Shown here: in pieces, positions 1-32,800 of the stretch
Numbering within the stretch: position 1 is the first letter of the stretch
How the letters are laid out: each line of letters opens with the position of its first letter
Origin: Nitrospirales bacterium
Lineage (GTDB): Bacteria > Nitrospirota > Nitrospiria > Nitrospirales > UBA8639
Direction: 5' to 3'
NCBI GenBank assembly: GCA_965203295.1
Contig: CBDBCZ010000015.1
Span: forward strand, 192,001 to 256,000
Length of the DNA stretch: 64,000 nucleotides
Position numbers and translations under genes: made by a program
The notes under the pieces: generated by a model
What the model saw: only the letters and a program-made list of their open reading frames with translations
What the model was told of the DNA's origin: nothing
Databases searched by the model: none

Positions 1-105
1 AGCATCTGACTAGTATTCAGAAGGTCCTGGGTTCAATCCCCAGCTGGGTCCCGATTTTTCGGGATTTCTTTACTCTCTCAGAAAGCTTTCTTCTCTTGAA
101 GAGTT
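1..105 (+). mobile_element. tRNA-derived SINE-like element (Thr-AGT-like head, cut by the window edge), in a TRAPPC13 intron
   Basis: Anticodon arm TCTGA-CTAGTAT-TCAGA, T-arm CTGGG-TTCAATC-CCCAG, then a T-run. The tail (ttactctctcagaaagctt..tctcttgaagagtt) is shared with the copy at 41413-41530. Confidence 0.7.
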
Positions 106-290
106 CACAATGTATATCTACTGACAACCCTCAACAAGCAGAACAGTGAATAACTACATGTATTTTGACTACATGTGCCACATTGTTCAAGCTCTGGCTG
201 GCTATAGAATTTAGCTACCTGACAGACATAAATTCCCCTACACATGTAGAAGAACACTTTGCTAATACTCTTATCACACTCTGTACATAC

Positions 291-5010
<4,720 letters not shown>

Positions 5011-5170
5011 GCACGGATCTTCTATTAGCGCTGCGATCAAGTAGTCTCGTGCCCGGCCCGTCGCTCCTTGATCCTCCCCTAGCTTGCAATGTATAATATA
5101 GTTCGTTCGGATCGTGGTTTCTATATCTCTATTACCTAAGATCAGAACCGAACTGAGACTGACGAGCACG
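5011..5170. promoter_or_regulatory. Putative compact bidirectional promoter and 5' UTRs shared by TRAPPC13 and OXCT1
   Basis: Divergent ATGs at 5010 (-) and 5171 (+). The region is locally CpG-rich, with an AT-rich gtataatata tract near 5091-5100. Confidence 0.7.
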
Positions 5171-20043
<14,873 letters not shown>

Positions 20044-20611
20044 TCATGGAATGTACTATTGAATGAACCTGCCTTACAGTACAATTGAACTGCATTTTAG
20101 TAGCCTCAATTATTAGCATGGTTCTATACAAGTCATGTATTCTGTATTATTATAGATAGTAGATCTATGGTATTATCTATGAACGGCGCGCGGCGCGCGG
20201 TGGTAAGCGTGCATGGGTGGGGCTATGGAAACCTCAGCGATCGAACGCGCGACGACGCGTTGGACGGTAGCGTGATCGTAGCCACTCAAGATTGAGGCTC
20301 GAGCCTAGAGCCATCAAGCAAGTTTCAGTGCCCTTTGCGCCCAAAACAGCATTTTGGGGGCGGACACCAGCTAATACAAGGGCACTGTAAAGGTGAGTGG
20401 CACTCTGACTGAAACAGGTGCACTAAATGGAAATTTCATGGATTGTGTATATAGCTGTATCGTGCGTACTACATAACTATTCAGCTGGCTTTACCAAGGC
20501 TTTGGGGTTTAGAATGATAAAAAATTGGGCGGGCTTCAAAAGTCTACTGCAAAGGAAGGTAGAGTATTATGGTTATGGTCATAATTTTTGGGACCCTTAT
20601 AGTAGAGAGAA

Positions 20612-21437
20612 GTATAGGATAGACTACACCAAAGAGTGGGTTATGCGCCTATGTAACCCACGAGTTTGCGGTTATCCCGAGGCGAAGCCGAGGGATAACT
20701 GTAAACAAGTGGGTTATAGTGCATAACACACGAGTGGGTGTGGTCTATCTGACTTATACCACGTTGCGCATGCGTACAATCTTCGCTCGAACTGATAAAA
20801 GTGTGGGTTATGAAACTATGTAACCCATACTTTTTAGCCAATCACTTTTATTGTAGATGATGTAATGTGGTATAAGTATAGGATAGACTACACCAAAGAG
20901 TGGGTTATGCGCCTATGTAACCCACGAGTTTGCGGTTATCCCGAGGCGAAGCCGAGGGATAAATGTAAACAAGTGGGTTTTAGCGCATATCACACGAGTG
21001 GGTGTGGTCTATCTGACTTATACCACGTTGCGCATGCGTACAATCTTCGCTGCGTAGCAACGTAGCGAACTGATAAAAGTGTGGGTTATGAAACTATGTA
21101 ACCCATACTTATTAGCCAATCATTTTTATTGTAGATAATGTAATGTGGTATAAGTTTAGTTATACCACATTACATCATCTACAATAAAAGTGATTGGCTA
21201 AAAAGTATGGGTTACATAGTTTCATAACCCACACTTTTATCAGTTCGCTACGTTGCTACGCAGCGAAGATTGTACGCATGCGCAACGTGGTATAAGTCAG
21301 ATAGACCACACCCATTCGTGTGATATGCGCTATAACCCACTTGTTTACATTTATCCCTCGGCTTCGCCTCGGGATAACCGCAAACTTGTGGGTTACATAG
21401 GCGCATAACCCACTCTTTGGCGTGGTCTATCCTATAC
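20612..21437. mobile_element. Three copies of a ~270-bp palindromic non-autonomous element (two tandem, one inverted)
   Basis: Units 20612-20875 (+), 20876-21153 (+) and 21160-21437 (-). Each has an internal hairpin centred on cccgaggcgaagccgaggg. Confidence 0.85.
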
Positions 21438-23789
21438 ATATCATCTGTGAATAGGTGGGGCTGCCTGTGGTGTATATCAGAGAGTCAGTGAACTCTCTAT
21501 GTAGGGATGGCACGGACACTCCATATACGCATTATAAATCCAAATCTCTCCAAAAAAAAAAGGTTTTAAGCATTTATAGGGACCTAACCTTCATTGCCAG
21601 GGGTTTTTGCAACCAACAAGGCTCCCAGAGTCGCCAAAAAGCTTCATTAAAGTAGAAAACTGGAAGGTGACTGAAATACAAGTTTGTTCACGTACTAATT
21701 CTAATTCTGGTTTCTTATTATTCTTTAACGAGGTTAGTTAATCTGGGATACTAGGAAGAATAAATTATATGGCGATAAGGATGGTAATGGTGAGACATCT
21801 GGTTGCTCTTGCTCTTGTCCTCTGACTGGAGATCTTTCAAGCTCCGCCTGCGTATGTGGGTGTGTGGTCAATGGCGTATGCGCTACGGCAGCAACATGAG
21901 TATATATATTTAACGAGGTTAGCTCAAAATTGGTTCAAGTGATGGCCGTGATTTTAGCACGAAAGAACTTCATTTTCAAGCGCGCAAGACCACGACAACA
22001 TCATCTTCATAACGATCAAACTGATTCTCAAACGCGATATACAGTGCGCCCCATCGAGCTTTGCTGTCCAGTTTTACGCCATTTTATTATTTGTACGCAT
22101 GCGCACAGATTGTCACATGACATGCACTTGGCAACCAGAGACTCGTCAATGCTGACCTACGATGGCTACGTATGTATTTTTTTTGACTAGACCACTGATG
22201 ACCAGACCAGTTTAGTGTCCGCTGTGGTTATGCCGAAGAGACAGTTCACTAGATCGCTTGGCAACCGCGAGAGATGGTGTCCTTTCTTTCAGTGTTGGTC
22301 TTCGACAACTGGATCAGTGAACTTATTCATGCGGCTGGAATAATTATTTTCAGCACTTAGAGTGCACTTTTTACCAAAGTGAGTAGCTAATATAGTCGTG
22401 TCAGTATGAAGACAGCTAGCCCAACTACATATGTGCGTTAAATACAATATTGACGCATAGAGCTCGGCTGGCTACATCTTCACTGGGTGAGGAAAGCCTG
22501 CGTACCTAAATTTTAGGTAAGGCATTATTGCCTGTATGCTAGCGGTATATATTTTTACGAATCCAAGTGATTACAGCAAGATTGAGAGTGAATGGAATTT
22601 CTGCTGCTGTGCAGAAGCTCAGCTATTCTCAACTAAAGCCCAAGCAGAAAATTGTGTTCAATGCATTAGATCTAGTGCCATAGCAAGCTGATCGCTGCTG
22701 TGTAGTTAGTATACATTTTTTACGCGCAACCAGTCTGACTTTATTTAATAATCACATTCTTCTATGGCACAGAATGCTGTCCGCAGTGTCCAGACTCACT
22801 CCTCCCCCTGAGTGAGTCTGGCCCGCGAGACTATGGGTATGAGGCTGCTACTCTGAGCTGCATTCCTAAGAAAAGTTCAGAAGTTGGGGGGTCCAGGTTG
22901 ACACGCCGAAATTTATCTCTTTCTCTGGGACTTTCTGTCTGCATTTTCACGTACCGCGAACTGCTTTTCCTTACTTGCTATCTATTGTCTTTACCTTTGG
23001 AAGTGCGGTCGGCTCGTTATGCATCTTAAGGTAGGGTCTCAAGCAGAGGGGGGTGGCTTACCAGGATTTTCTTTGAGGGAGGGAGATGCCCCCACATCCC
23101 CTTAGAATGATGACTTGTATTCCAAAACAAAACCCCCCAAGCATGCCTACACTGTTTTACAGTGTTGACTGTAGTCCTCTCTGTAGCACTGTCTCCACGT
23201 TTCAGTCTGCCAGCAACACTACTAGCTAAATGTACCCTACAAACCAACAAATCACATGCAGATTACATCTTTAATCTCTATCTGTACAGAGTGAGCGAGT
23301 TCAACTACTTGTAATGTTCACTGGTGCAACTGGTGCATGCATGTAGCTGGGACATACCAGCAAACAATATGAAGAGAGGTGGCCGGTGCAAGTGTTCAAG
23401 TTGTCACTAATTAAACGGGTATATGTCTTCAATAAAATATATTGCAGTGCTACGGTTGCAGTGACATGTGAAAAAGATGTAGGGATGGGGCTGTGTATGT
23501 TGCATTTATGCTATCCCTACACCTTGTTGTCTTGCTTTTTGGCACTCCATCCCTACGTCTACTTAAATTTTTTTGAATTTTTTTCATTTTCTTGTTTTAT
23601 CTTAGTAACCATCAAGTTATTAAGAAATGCAACAGTTGAGGTTGCAACACTATCCCTCGGGTTGCCAATGTGAAAACGAGTATGAGGGCCCTGTAAGGTA
23701 AGGTCGCCTAATTTCGGACGGTGCCTAATTCGGACAAATGTAAGTTTTACTGGTTAGCTATAGATCTAGCCCAAGTCTTGGGCTTCTTC

Positions 23790-24706
23790 TCAGTTACCCA
23801 GAGCTTCTGTTCCACAGGCAGTGTACTTAGAAACTGCTCTATCCCGCATTTCCTCAACTGTCTTCGCGTCCTTTAGCCACTTCTTCTGAATGTCCATTAG
23901 TCGAACGGCAAGCTCTCGATTTGTCTGTCCAGCTCCCCTTGTGGCTGTGCTGAGTGGCACGAGCTTAACACTCAACTCACCAGCCGACTTCGCTGCCGTT
24001 GGCTTCGAATCTTCAGCGACTTTCATCAACCGCTCCATCTGTGCTTGCATCGTATCCATCTGCTGCTTCACTTCTCTTTCCCGGGCAACTCGCTCTTCTT
24101 CTCTTCTCGCCCGTTCAGCCGCAATTTCTTCTTCGCATCGTGCTTGCTCGGCTGCCATCTCTTCTTCTCGGTGTGTTCGTTCGGCAGCTATTTCTTCTTC
24201 ACGCTTACGCCGCTCGTCGATGAGAGCCTTCATCATCTCCTGCAGACTCTCCATATCCAATTCGCTTTGCTTATACTTTCGTCCTGAACGAGTGGCCATA
24301 CATCTAGCGTGGATTGTTCAGCTGCTGCTGCTACGCTCAGGACCCCACTTCTGACACCATAATATGTGGATGCTGCTACGCTCGGGATCCCACTCCTGAC
24401 ACCATATGTGGAAGATTCATGCAACGCGAGGACGGAATAGCGGGTTTTGCTTCGGAGACGATGGCTCATCACTTCAATGAATACCAGATAGAGACCAAAT
24501 AATGAACAAAACTGTACAACTTAAATAGCCTAAAACTAGTAATAAGTGCACAACTGAAATATTGCACATATTAGCACTGGACACAAAAGGTAAGTACACT
24601 ATGACTCAGCACAAACACCTACGTATTAACAATTAAAAGAATGTCCAGTAGCATATTAGCAGTTGTAAGCTGTAAGCCTAAGTTAAGTTCAACAATGTCT
24701 CTAACA
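23790..24706 (-). mobile_element. Gypsy (Gmr1-like) LTR retrotransposon remnant: 5' LTR, duplicated tRNA-Leu PBS and deleted gag
   Basis: On the minus strand the LTR ends in CA at 24407. PBS TGGTGTCAGGAGTGGGAT at 24404-24387 and a second TGGTGTCAGAAGTGGG at 24359-24344. ORF 24299-23790 (MATRSG.., coiled coil with 11-aa EEEIAAERARR-type repeats, SCAN-like ELAVRLMDIQKKWLK). The distal LTR edge is approximate. Confidence 0.75.
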
Positions 24707-25410
24707 CTCTACCTTGATTCATTGGCATGCGATAGGAAATTAATTCAGCTTGTGGCTCTTGGCAACTCTTAATTCTGCAAGTGATTAAGATGGTCATAGA
24801 AAGCAACTGCTAGTGCCACAAGTGCCTATGACCTTAACGTATACACGTACCTGTCAGTCAGTGACTGAGCAAGAAGTGGAACAAAGGAAGTGTACTGGTT
24901 TTGGAGCTGAAGGTGTTCTGTCATGTTTATCATGATACCTCAGTAATTGTAATCTGTTCAAAACTAAGAATGTAAGAACTTCATTGGCAACTATTGTATA
25001 TCCAAAGTAAGTACAATTTTATCAAGGACACTAGTCTAGTGTATGGGTGAGTTTCATTAAGTGTTGCTGTTCTATCTGACAGTACCTAATAGCTAGTCCC
25101 ATTCCCAGGCTCTCAATATAAAAAAACGCCAAGAGGCAGGGTTACCCCATAGCAGTGAATGGTCGAATTAGGAAACTGCTAGCAACTGGTGGTAGCTAAT
25201 GACAAAATCACCTAGATGGATGACATGCATAGGTTTTTTTAAAGTCTTAGAAGCTGCTACAAAAACCTCAGATTCTGAAGGTAGCACTACACCTGGTGAA
25301 ACGCCTTAATTGTAGAGAGCTTTAGTGACTGGTACTCTGTGAGAGGAGATTGCTGCATACCTATCTTTCCTGTGGCACTTTGTTTCCACCACACACTCCA
25401 CACTCGTTTA

Positions 25411-25716
25411 CTGTGTATTGCCTACCCACTGTCTGTGTATTGCCTACCCACTGTCTGTGTATTGCCTACCCACTGTCTGTGTATTGCCTACCCACCGTCT
25501 GTGTATTGCCTACCCACCGTCTGTGTATTGCCTACCCACCGTCTGTGTATTGCCTACCCACCGTCTGTATTGCCTACCCACTGTCTGTGTATTGCCTACC
25601 CACTGTCTGTGTATTGCCTACCCACTGTCTGTGTATTGCCTACCAACTGTCAGTGTATTGCCTACCCACTGTCTGTGTATTGCCTACCCACTGTCTGTGT
25701 ATTGCCTACCCACTGT
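25411..25716. repeat. 22-bp minisatellite (ctgtgtattgcctacccactgt), about 14 units
   Basis: Direct read. It explains the repetitive ORFs at 25339-25779. Confidence 0.95.
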
Positions 25717-26824
25717 CTTTTGTTCTTCAGTGGTGATTGCATGAAACACTGCACACATGTACTTAGCTCTAATCCTTGAGGCTGGGATAAAAACCGGCCA
25801 ACATTGCAGTGCTATACGCACATACAGTGTGTACCTACGTAAGCGTCACATTTTTAACTACTCACTGGTTGGTATTCTTATTGTATACATGTACGTTCAT
25901 GCGTATTGGAGTGTTGGTGCTATCCCTACCTCGAGAGTCTACTGACTGATGCATACACTGTATCTAGATTCTGCATCTTTGTCTGGTATAGCACATGAAG
26001 CTTCTCATGACTGTGTACGGCTTTAATGGTCATAGTGCAACAACACGGCAATGGAAGCCCACAGAACCTATGCAAGGATAAGGCTGGAGAAAGTCCAGGA
26101 ACAAAAATGCTGTGGATGCGTGCAGTGCTTCCACCGTCCAGGCACTATATGTACATGTATATTCATTTACCTACTTCATGTATCACAACGTCCATGACTA
26201 ACGGATGATGTGGGCAGTCATCACTTCCTTTTGAGCCTAATCTTAATAGAAAAGTACTACAGTACCCAATACATGTTATGTACATGCTTACCTGCTGTCA
26301 TGATGATCACAATAAACAGAAAGTCTCTTGCCACTTTAATGTATGAGAAAAACTGTCCTATAAATGGGGGGTATTGAATGATTATGTAGGGTTGGGTCTA
26401 TTACGCTTGGTATACATTTTGGCAATAATCAGTCCATAAAGCCTTAAGTTAATGATCGGAGAATTTTTAATGCTTTGTAGAAGCTTGTATATAGCAATCT
26501 CCAAGTACAGTTCGAGCAGTCCCGAGAGCAAGTAAATCCCACAAAGAAGTCTAGTTAATCAAACTTTAGCCAGGGCCACTGTAGCCTCACATGGAACCAT
26601 ATTCATTGGCTGTGGATTACGTACCAGCAGTCCTTGAGCACCATAAGTTTATCCGTGCAAAAAATACAGAACATTAATTGAATCCGTTAGTTCAGCGATT
26701 AGTTAGTGTATGAAAGGAAAGCCCCCACAGTTGTAGAATCCCCATACTCAAGATTTTTCGTTTTGTGATAAAAAGAGTGTGAACACTTTTAAAGGATGAT
26801 CAACTGTTTTCTTATTTCTGCAAG

Positions 26825-29800
26825 ATGGCAGAAGAAAAGAAAAAGAAGCCTCCTGTGGACTATACTGTTTTCAAGAAAGATTATGTCCTACCAATGGAAG
26901 ATCTATCAAAGAATCAGATAAAGACTATGAAGGTTTGTGCGCTATACTCGATCTGCAGTGTAATGCACAGTAGATGGACCTGTGCATATTGCTTGCCAGT
27001 TGATACATGCACGTGCCTAGAACACAACCAAGTCTCTAAATTTTTATTCCTGTGACAGAGAAGCCACTTGATCAATTACACAATTAAAATGGTTCACATT
27101 ATAAACACACATGAAAGTGAAAGTTGGATTGACTGAATGGTACACACACCATTCTCAAGTACATACTCCAAGAGTTATCTTATACATTAAAGGCATCTGT
27201 TCAATGGTACATAACAGCTGCATGACATTTAATTTTATGTACCCTGATTTTTCAGATCTCCCCAAGAGATCAGCAGGGATGTGTCCTGGTGTGCACTCTC
27301 TGCTGCCGACCTCTGAAGTCTGCTCATTCTGCCAGAACACATGTACAGTCGAAGGTGCACATAGTGAAAGTGAAGGTTAGATATGAGTTTATATGTATGC
27401 CCATTAGACAACCTGGTACACACACTGTGCATCTATGCATTATTGTAGTGACAGGGGCATATGAAATGGCTGGATGTCTGACCAGTCAAGACCAAATTCA
27501 GAGGACCAAACTTTGTCATCACTTTCTTAATAGGAACATACATGATTGCATCACTGAGAGTACTTTATACGTGGTTCTGCAACGGCATTTATCTTGTGTT
27601 TGTTGTCAGGAAGAGGAGCTGGAGCAGATGCTGTCCGGGCTTCCGCGTGTTCTCTCCAGACGGCAGCAAGATTGTCTGACTGAAGTGTTGGAGAAGGTGT
27701 TCAGAGAGCAGTCTGCTACAGCGCAGGGTCAGAGTGAGGCCCGGGAGGGCATCGCATCGCAGCTGCAAGAGCTCCTACAGCGCACATTCCCAGGTATGTA
27801 AATTAATAGCCATTGAACATGTATGTACATTTAATGTACGTAAGCACTGGAGATCTACATAAAGCACCACAAAACCCACATAAGGTATACGTTATAGCTG
27901 TCTATCATAGTCTATTGGAACGATGTAATTACTGGACTGTCTGAGTTACCTACTTACTGTTTTGGGACTTTCTGGTGCTTTAGCCATGACTTTTCCTTGG
28001 CTACATCCTTCCAGAAAACTCTACACAAATGTAATGTTATTCCATGCATACAGTAATGTAGTTTACACTTCATGGAGTGCTAGACTACTCTACTAGTACT
28101 GGAGAATGAACGTATGCAGCTCCGCATGCAGCCTTACATTGCAGTCATAACCCCATAGTGGAATCTGATCCGTGGCTGCTAGTAGAGATATAAGTAGATG
28201 TACGTATTTCATTCTTTGTCTCGTTTTCTACTAGCCCCCTTCCCAGCCTCTTCCTATTAACAGTCGGAGATACGTACATGTACATAGCAAGCTATTTAGA
28301 GTTCTGATTCCAATTCATGGGCTAGTGACTGTAGCAGTTAATGATGATCTCTTTGGACGCATGCCGTATATTCTGGTATGAGCTCTGGTCTAGTGCAGCG
28401 TACGATAAATTATGTACCGTGGATTGGGAAATTCCGTCATTACCCCATGCCAACAAAAATCAAACCACGACTTTATCAACATGAAATGTCAAACAATGTA
28501 GCTACATTTTCAGTGTACCGAAATGACGAAAAGTCTAGTCTGTGTAGCTAAAATAGCGTCACTTTGAGAGAAAAGGAGTACTTTTGTGTGGTGCTCTAGA
28601 TTATTAGCATGCATAACATGATGTGCAGTCAGAAAGTGAGCCATATATCTACCCAGATGTGTAGTATGTGATTAATGGTGGTGCTGCAGCTATATGTATA
28701 ATACTGGAAAAAACTTCTAACTTTGATGACAAATATGTGTATGAGTAATATCTGTTCAAAGTTTCTGGCAGAAAAGCAGAAGCAACACTTATTACACTAT
28801 GATTATGGCCGTTGGAGATAAGGAAGTAGGTGCATACTTATATGTGTACATGTAAAGTAAAGCTCCATGAGGGAAGGGGAGAAGGGAAGAGGGGAAGTTG
28901 TAGTGTGGGTGTGATAGCCAGTGATCCTGCGTTTATATTCCAGATGTAGCTGTCGAGCTGTTTGGATCCAGTGCTTCAGGATTTGCTCTGAGTACAAGTA
29001 ATGTCAACCTTGACCTCAGCATCCCAGGTGCACAGGAGGACCAGGTGATCACTGTTCTGCATAGCGTGCGGTTTGTCAGTCCCAACCAGTATCTAGACCG
29101 TACAAACTTCACTTGAAAATGTAGACAGTCAGCTGTTCTTTGAAGATTTACCCTCCACTGATACCATAGATTTGGCAATTTGATAATGTATTTTTGATAG
29201 TGGTAGCCGCTAGCAATTAAGGCTTTAGGAGCCTGTTTTAATTGGGCTTTGTCTTGCTGGTTGTGAGGGGGAAAATGTATCAAAAGTGTGTCTGACACAT
29301 AAAATTTTGGTGTGCTCATTCTTTTTTTAGCTCTGTAGCCACGTGTGTGTTGTATAAGTTGTGCAAATGATACATCAATGAGTACATACATGTAGAGGGA
29401 AGTGGTTGCAATGGTGAATTTATATACATGTACGTTGTATGCAGTGCTAGTGAGGAATTATGATCTCTCCTGTATTAATCATCAATTGGTGATAGGTCCT
29501 CATACCTCAGGTGATGAAGAAAACTGTTGAGATTCTCTCTGCCAACAGTAAGTGCATATATGGACATGTACATTTTTTGTGTATATGCAGGATAGTGGAG
29601 GAGAGTGCATGTCCACTATGTAGTTATTTGCGGTTCGGAAGCAGCTGGGGTATTGTAAAGTGAACAGTTGTCCTGAAAATAGAAGAAAAATTTAATATGT
29701 AATAATGAAGAAATATTCCCTGTGTAGTTGTTGCCTCAAAGAAAGTATAGTAAGGTTAGGCCCATCCCAAAGTTGAGAAATATCTTGATTGTGTACAGCT

Positions 29801-32800
29801 TTGACACTCATAACTCAACAACACAGTAATAGAAGCCCACAAATCCCTTAAGAGCTCATGTTATACATACATCCCATAGTTGATATTCAGCATGTGAGTG
29901 TGCAGCTGGAGGTAGGGTGTGCTACATACATGTAGTCCACACTAATTGTGCTTCGTCTGCATTAAGCCAACTGTTATAGTATACGTACATGTAGTAATGC
30001 ATTTTAATGGGCTTAAGCTGCACCTGGTCCTAATTAAGCTGCACCTGTGCCTGTATCTTTGGCTATTAATTTGTGATGCATGTTTCATTTTACAGAGGAA
30101 TTATATTCCAATGTGAATGGGGACTTCTTTGCATTCAACAAAATACCCAGAATTTTGTTTCAGCACAAAGCAAGGTACCTACGTATGTACATAGTATTAT
30201 AAGAAGTTAGAAAGTATTGTGTAATGTAATCAATCTGCATGTGTTTACATACATACTATATGTACATACTTTACTTATGTGCTGCATAATTAGCCTCGTT
30301 CCCAGTCCTTCCCACCCCAGCTTTATCTCACAGCCATGGAGAAAAAGCTCTTCCCACCCCAGCTTTTAACGAGGCTACTGCATAATATCTTAAAGCTGTA
30401 CATGTGCCCCCCCCCCGAGAGTTCCAAGCGTTCCCCAATTTGATGCATGTATAAATTATTATAATGCAGTCTTCAGTGGTACACCTAGCCTTGTTCCCAG
30501 GCTCTCTGCCCAGCTTTTTTCGCACCACATGCAAGAAAAAGCTGGGCAGAGAGCCTGGGTACGAGGCTAAGCTACACCCTTGGCAGTAACATTATTTCGT
30601 GTACACGAACGTATGTGATGTATACCTATTGTGGAAAGAGAATAACTAGCTTGTGTTTTGCTTTTTTATGTAATTGCTTCTCTAATGCATAGTGTGTGCA
30701 TGTGCATAGACACTCAGGGTGGACCTGTAGTGTAGTAGATAGTAACTGCTATGAGTACGGTTTAGCACCTGCCACAAGGGAAACATTACCCATTATATCC
30801 TGCAAGAAAAGCTATTGCCTGCGGAGTGTCCAAAGCCAATAGCCTTTCCTTTGTAACCATGCATGTCTGAGATTGGTGGTAAACATATGAGTGAGAAATT
30901 AATTATTATACATGTACCGGCTTCTTTTATTTTAGTGGTTTACTGTGTGAAATCCGTGCTCTTACTGGCAATGTAAGTTATAAACAAAATTTAATGAATC
31001 ATCAGAATTTGTGCAAGCTTGATACTATTCGTGATTGGTTTGCATGTAGGTACGTATGGATTCCTGAAATTGTACTCTATGAGAGCTTCAATTCATTGTA
31101 TTCTGTATTCTCACATATATTCTGGAATATAAATCTGCTTCATGTTGTACCTTTTTTGAGTTATGTGTTAATTCTACCCCATAGCCTGTTGCTCTAACTT
31201 CACTGCTAAGACTGTATGGCTGCATAGATGAAAGGGTTCTAAAGCTGGGTGTTCTCTTCAGATACTGGGCAAAAGTAAGATATTACTGTACTCTCAGAAG
31301 GTATGGCTGGCTGGCTGGTGAGCACCATACTGTATATCTGCATGTAAAACAGCCTAAATGTATGGTGAATTCACATTCAGTTTTGCAGCAGTCAGTCACG
31401 TGTTTTTACTTTGATGTACCACGTATGTTAATGGTTACTTCTTTCCATTCATGTAGCTATGTCGTGTGGACATACAGGAGAATGGCTACTACCCTGGCCA
31501 CATGTTTGTGGTGATGGTCATCTACTTTCTGCAGCAGAGGAAGCCCCCTCTTCTGCCTTCACTTCATGAGGTGAGGAATACCCTTTTAACAACATACATA
31601 ATTAAGCTGTGTACATGTGTATAAACATGTGAATTAATATAAGCTTCAAGGGGCAGCTATGCCTATTACAGTTATAATGTACGCATTATATTCTTACCAT
31701 CTAGATGGCTGTGTGTGGTAAAGCTGAGAGTGAAGGAAGTGAAAGCAGACATGCTGAGAGAGGAAGATCTCAAGTTGAAGAAAAGGCTGATGATGGAGAA
31801 ATTGAACGAGTCGATGCCAAGGGAGAAGGGTCAGAAGATGCAAAGAAGAGAGTTCAGCGAGGCAGTAGGAGAAAGATGGGTGGAGGAAAGACAACCCAGT
31901 ATGTAGCTCCTCCTGTTGAGCACCTCAGTGATCTGCCCGAAATCAGGAGAAGGTGGCAATGCAGGAACCAGGAGAACCTGGGGGAGCTGTGGTATGGGCT
32001 GCTCAGGTAGGGTAGCAGAACAAGGTTGTGGAAGCCTTGTGAAGAAATGACATAGATTGATAATGGTCTAGTATATGCACGCTTTGCATGCAGCCTAATT
32101 AGTCTTGTCTTTGGAACATTGCCAGTAGTGTGCACTGTATTGTATATTTTACCTGTACTATGCTGTTTTTTTGGCAGGTACTATGTAATGGATTTCAATG
32201 TTGCAGAATATGCTGTTACCATTCGCCAGAGCCAGCTGTTGCGGAGAAGAGAAAGGGAGTGGGGATCTATACGACTGGCTGTAGAAGGTAAGTTTCATGA
32301 TGATCTCATAGGTTTTGACTACCACTATTCATGTACATGTACATATAATTTATATCATGCAAATTCACAAATAGGATTTATTCACGTACCACACCATACC
32401 ATAGCACATATTCTTCTACAGATCCCCTGATACCCAGGAGCAATCTGGCGAGAGCTGCCTGCAGTGACAGAGGTCAGTAGATTTACTATCAACCCATATG
32501 ACTGTTGGAGCTACAGGTTGACAACAGCAATGAAATCCCCTCGTACCCTGTACATCTCTGCTTAGTACTGTACTTATAGCTCCAGCTTGTTGCTCTCACT
32601 TCAACTCTCAATACTACGTGCATTACATACCATCACCCCCCATATATCAACCTGTGTTATGGGTGGTGATATTCACCTCGAGCTCTCCATTTTACCTTTT
32701 CTTTGGGAAGGGGGGAGCCTGTGGTGTACCCATAATTATGTTATTGGCCCATTATTTGTGCAGTATGTGCATACTTTGAATTGAGATTATGTGGTGTGCC

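Noticed and set aside
20165..20610. CpG-rich segment with TATGG motifs as a CryptonS-like element or promoter
   Set aside because: Only one copy in the window and no definable ends, so it cannot be supported.
20427..21439. Three similar short ORFs (YRIDYTKEWVMRLCNP..) suggesting a peptide gene family
   Set aside because: They are translations of the repeated palindromic element, with no splice or codon evidence.
23890..24354. 154-aa Ser/Arg-rich plus-strand ORF
   Set aside because: Antisense shadow of the repetitive gag coiled-coil ORF.
25339..25779. Three overlapping ORFs of 108-146 aa
   Set aside because: Products of a stop-free 22-bp minisatellite read in all frames.
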